Below are positions 61,174 through 64,000 of a stretch of DNA of 64,000 bases, one piece after another. This DNA comes from an uncultured Treponema sp. (GTDB taxonomy: Bacteria; Spirochaetota; Spirochaetia; Treponematales; Treponemataceae). Within the stretch, counting starts at the first letter, position 1. Each line of letters starts with the position of its first letter. Location: contig CAMVEQ010000001.1 in assembly GCA_947166545.1 (NCBI GenBank), positions 1,136-65,135 on the forward strand. The letters run 5' to 3'. Under the pieces are notes generated by a model. The model had not been told where the DNA came from and made no database searches. It saw only the letters and a program-made list of their open reading frames with translations. The position numbers and the translations under genes were made by a program.

Positions 61174-62124
61174 CTATTTACTTTGAGAACTTGCCATTTC
61201 TGCCGCCAGTTCCTCAATCTTTTCAATCGGCAACTCAACTCCTTTAGCAATCTGCTCATGAGTCAGAACATTCATTGCAAGCAGATTTCTGGCATTTGTA
61301 ATTTTAGTTGCATTTATGCCCTGTTTTGCTCCGATGCTAATACCTTCTTTTCTGCCGATTTTAATGCCACGTTCCTCTGCGTTGGCAAGTCCGCTTCTTA
61401 TGTCTCGTTCCTGACCTTCAATTTTGCCCTGTATTATCCAGTTCCAGCGTTCATCGCTCAGTGCATTTAGCATGACTTCTGCTTTCATTATGCCCTCCTC
61501 AGATTTTGCAATGCGGTCAATTATACTTTTCTTTTTCGGATTATCTGCTTCCTGTAAAAATTTACCCCATTTTATTGCAGTTGGCAAGGCTTCTATGTCC
61601 GTTTTGTCATTAATCGGTGGCAGTTTTGGCAGCTCCATAAAGATTACGTTTATTATGCCAGGAAGTTTTGCACCGTCATTAGTATCTGTCAGTGTGTAAT
61701 GATGGATTGGGGCTTTATTATTTTTGTCAAATGTAAAATTCATTACTGTAATCTGGTACGATTTCGGCATGTCCTTCCAGTTTTCTCCGCACAGGCGGTT
61801 TGAACTTACAAGCCTTGCTGCATAGTATTCAGCACGGTTTCCAAAATCGCAGTCTTTGTCTAAGCCTTGCATCTCTACCTGCGCGGTTGTGCCATCTCCC
61901 AGAACACAGTTGATGTCGTAGCTTATGCCCTTTTCTCCGTCAAACTGTATTGCTGGCTCGTTTTCTTTTACGGTGACTTTCGTGATAGTCTCTCCAATCA
62001 TTGCAGAAAGGAAGGATTTCAGTGCAATCCGTGATTCTTCCCTGTCTTGTGTAAAGATGGACTTGAAGTTTCTGTCGATGCGAGGATTTAGTAAAGGTTT
62101 AATTTTTTTTTGTATTTTTTTCAT
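61174..62124 (-). CDS. Rpn family recombination-promoting nuclease / PD-(D/E)XK putative transposase
   Basis: D..FKSIF, YDI..VEMQ, RAEYYAARL and IFMELPK motifs; G-repeat tail; ARNLL..IAK HTH-like end. Confidence 0.9.
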   Translation of the reverse strand: MKKIQKKIKPLLNPRIDRNFKSIFTQDREESRIALKSFLSAMIGETITKVTVKENEPAIQFDGEKGISYDINCVLGDGTTAQVEMQGLDKDCDFGNRAEYYAARLVSSNRLCGENWKDMPKSYQITVMNFTFDKNNKAPIHHYTLTDTNDGAKLPGIINVIFMELPKLPPINDKTDIEALPTAIKWGKFLQEADNPKKKSIIDRIAKSEEGIMKAEVMLNALSDERWNWIIQGKIEGQERDIRSGLANAEERGIKIGRKEGISIGAKQGINATKITNARNLLAMNVLTHEQIAKGVELPIEKIEELAAEMASSQSK

Positions 62125-62246
62125 TTCAATTACTCCTTACATAAGTAATTGCTCTAGATCCATCATTTTTTTCACTTTTTTGGGAAAAAAAATGAAAAAT
62201 CTTTCTTATTGAGTAAATGCCTGTAATTCAGTAAAATACTAGACTT

Positions 62247-64000
62247 ATGGAAAACTCTAAGAGAACGGTAACCTGCGGAGACCTTCGTGCCTCTGATGTA
62301 GGCAAAACCGTAGTATTGAATGGATGGGTCAGTCGCTCCCGAAACTTGGGAGGACTAAATTTTATAAGTCTCCGCGACCGTTACGGCATAACACAGGTTG
62401 TGGTTGGTGATAATGCCTCTGAAGACACAAAAAAGATTGCTTCATCGCTTAAAAGCGAATATTGTATTGCTGTTGAAGGTGTTGTAATTGCTCGTAGCGA
62501 AAAAGACATCAACAAAGACATGGCAACTGGTGAAATTGAAGTTGAAGCAAAAGAAATTGAAATCTTTACAACTTCACAGGAACTTCCATTTTCTATAGAA
62601 GAAGTTCGCCAGAAAGACGGCTCAATTGTTCTTCCAAATGAAGATTTGCGTTTGAAGTACCGTTACCTTGACTTGCGTCGTGCTCCAATGCAACAGAACA
62701 TCATTCTGCGTTCTAATGTAACTTTTGCAACACGCGAATACCTTACTTCAAAAGGCTTTCTTGAAATTGAAACACCTACATTCATAAAGTCAACTCCAGA
62801 AGGTGCACGTGATTACCTTGTTCCTAGCCGTGTTCATCCTGGAAAATTCTATTCATTGCCACAAAGTCCGCAGCTGTACAAGCAGCTTTTGATGGTATCG
62901 GGCTTTGACAAGTATTTCCAGATTGCACGCTGCTATCGTGATGAAGATGCACGCGGAGACCGTCAGCCTGAATTTACTCAGATTGATATGGAGCTTTCAT
63001 TTACAAACCGTGAAGAAGTTCTTGAAACTACAGAAGGCATGATGGCTCATATCTTTAAAAAGACAATGAACTATGACCTGCCTGCACACTTTGACCGCAT
63101 TACCTGGGATGATGCATTTGATCTGTATGGAAGCGACAAGCCAGACTTGCGCTTTGACTTGAAAATGCAGGATGCTTCGTTCATGGCAGGATTAAGTGAC
63201 TTTGCTGCATTCAAAGCTGGTGCTGAAAATGCAGATAGCAATATTCCACGCCACAAGCGTTCTGGCTTAAAGGCTCTTGTTGTAAAGAATGTTGCAGACA
63301 AGTACAGCCGCAAGATGATAGAAGCTCTTGAATCTGTTGCAAAGATTAATCATGCAAAAGGCCTTGCCTGGATGAAGGTAAATGCAGAAGGCAAATTTGA
63401 AGGCGGCATCAGCAAGTTCTATGCTGGAAAAGAAGATGAAGTCTGTTCAAAGCTTGGTGCAGAAAAGAATGACCTTCTTTTGTTTGTAAGCGATGAAAAA
63501 TGGCAGGTTGCATGTGTTGCACTTGGTGCAGTACGTAAACAGCTTGGTAAAGATTTGAATCTTTACAATCCAAAAGATGAATTCCACTTTGCATGGATTA
63601 TTGACTTTCCATATTTTGCATGGAATGAAGAAGAAAATCACTGGGAAACAGAACATCACATGTTTACCCTTCCTCAGAAAAAATACTGGGATACATTGGA
63701 ATCTGATCCAGGTAGCGTAAAGGGCGACCTTTATGACCTTGTATTAAACGGATATGAATTGGCTTCTGGTTCTATGCGTATTAATGATCCTGCTTTGCAG
63801 CAGAGAATCTTTAAGATTGTAGGTTACTCTAATGAGCGTGCAGAAAAGGCATTCGGCTTCTTGGTTCAGGCATTTAAGTTTGGCGCTCCTCCTCATGGTG
63901 GCATTGCTCCTGGACTTGACCGTCTTGTAATGCTTATGCGTCATGAAGAATCTATTCATGAGGTAATAGCATTCCCTAAGAATAATCTTGCTGCAAGCCC
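62247..64000 (+). CDS. aspS: Aspartate--tRNA ligase (runs off window)
   Basis: RTVTCG, LRDRYG, RLKYRYLDLRR, STPEGARDY, LPQSPQLYKQ, RQPEFTQID and GAPPHGG motifs; open to the window end. Confidence 0.96.
   Translation, partial: MENSKRTVTCGDLRASDVGKTVVLNGWVSRSRNLGGLNFISLRDRYGITQVVVGDNASEDTKKIASSLKSEYCIAVEGVVIARSEKDINKDMATGEIEVEAKEIEIFTTSQELPFSIEEVRQKDGSIVLPNEDLRLKYRYLDLRRAPMQQNIILRSNVTFATREYLTSKGFLEIETPTFIKSTPEGARDYLVPSRVHPGKFYSLPQSPQLYKQLLMVSGFDKYFQIARCYRDEDARGDRQPEFTQIDMELSFTNREEVLETTEGMMAHIFKKTMNYDLPAHFDRITWDDAFDLYGSDKPDLRFDLKMQDASFMAGLSDFAAFKAGAENADSNIPRHKRSGLKALVVKNVADKYSRKMIEALESVAKINHAKGLAWMKVNAEGKFEGGISKFYAGKEDEVCSKLGAEKNDLLLFVSDEKWQVACVALGAVRKQLGKDLNLYNPKDEFHFAWIIDFPYFAWNEEENHWETEHHMFTLPQKKYWDTLESDPGSVKGDLYDLVLNGYELASGSMRINDPALQQRIFKIVGYSNERAEKAFGFLVQAFKFGAPPHGGIAPGLDRLVMLMRHEESIHEVIAFPKNNLAAS

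Overview
Low-GC chromosomal window, most likely from a Treponema-like spirochete (inferred mainly from the FlaB core flagellin, [14 protein letters not shown]..., plus the lipoprotein and MCP repertoire). In order it contains: the 5' end of an Rpn-family gene; a 12.3-kb aryl-polyene-like (ApeE-ApeR order) type II PKS/FAS cluster; a PQ-loop/SGNH-like fusion divergent from a CitA/CitB-type two-component pair; a secreted-protein gene frameshifted at a G10 tract; cstA, an MCP, uppP, purD, an SDR and flaB. An accessory island (~26.7-36.8 kb) follows, with two ATPase/nuclease-type loci, WG-repeat and FGE-sulfatase-domain lipoproteins, an in-frame deletion scar and an HU-like protein. After it come rubrerythrin, an MCP and HD-GYP/GGDEF genes; a nitrogen block (glmS-glnA-ANTAR, asnB, tRNA-Ile2, alanine/glycine symporter, amtB-PII fusion); a TPP-riboswitch thiamine ABC transporter; three orphan small genes; a full Rpn gene; and the 5' part of aspS. 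Two unexplained signals stand out. (1) A non-coding element of 12-bp palindromes (TAGTGTACACTA) repeated every 23 bp with inverted ends occurs twice (28293-28497, 8 cores; 59536-59694, 6 cores), each time just upstream of accessory genes. (2) Four near-identical ANTAR-type hexaloop hairpins, each embedded in a terminator, lie ahead of nitrogen genes. All calls come from reading the sequence; no database searches were run.
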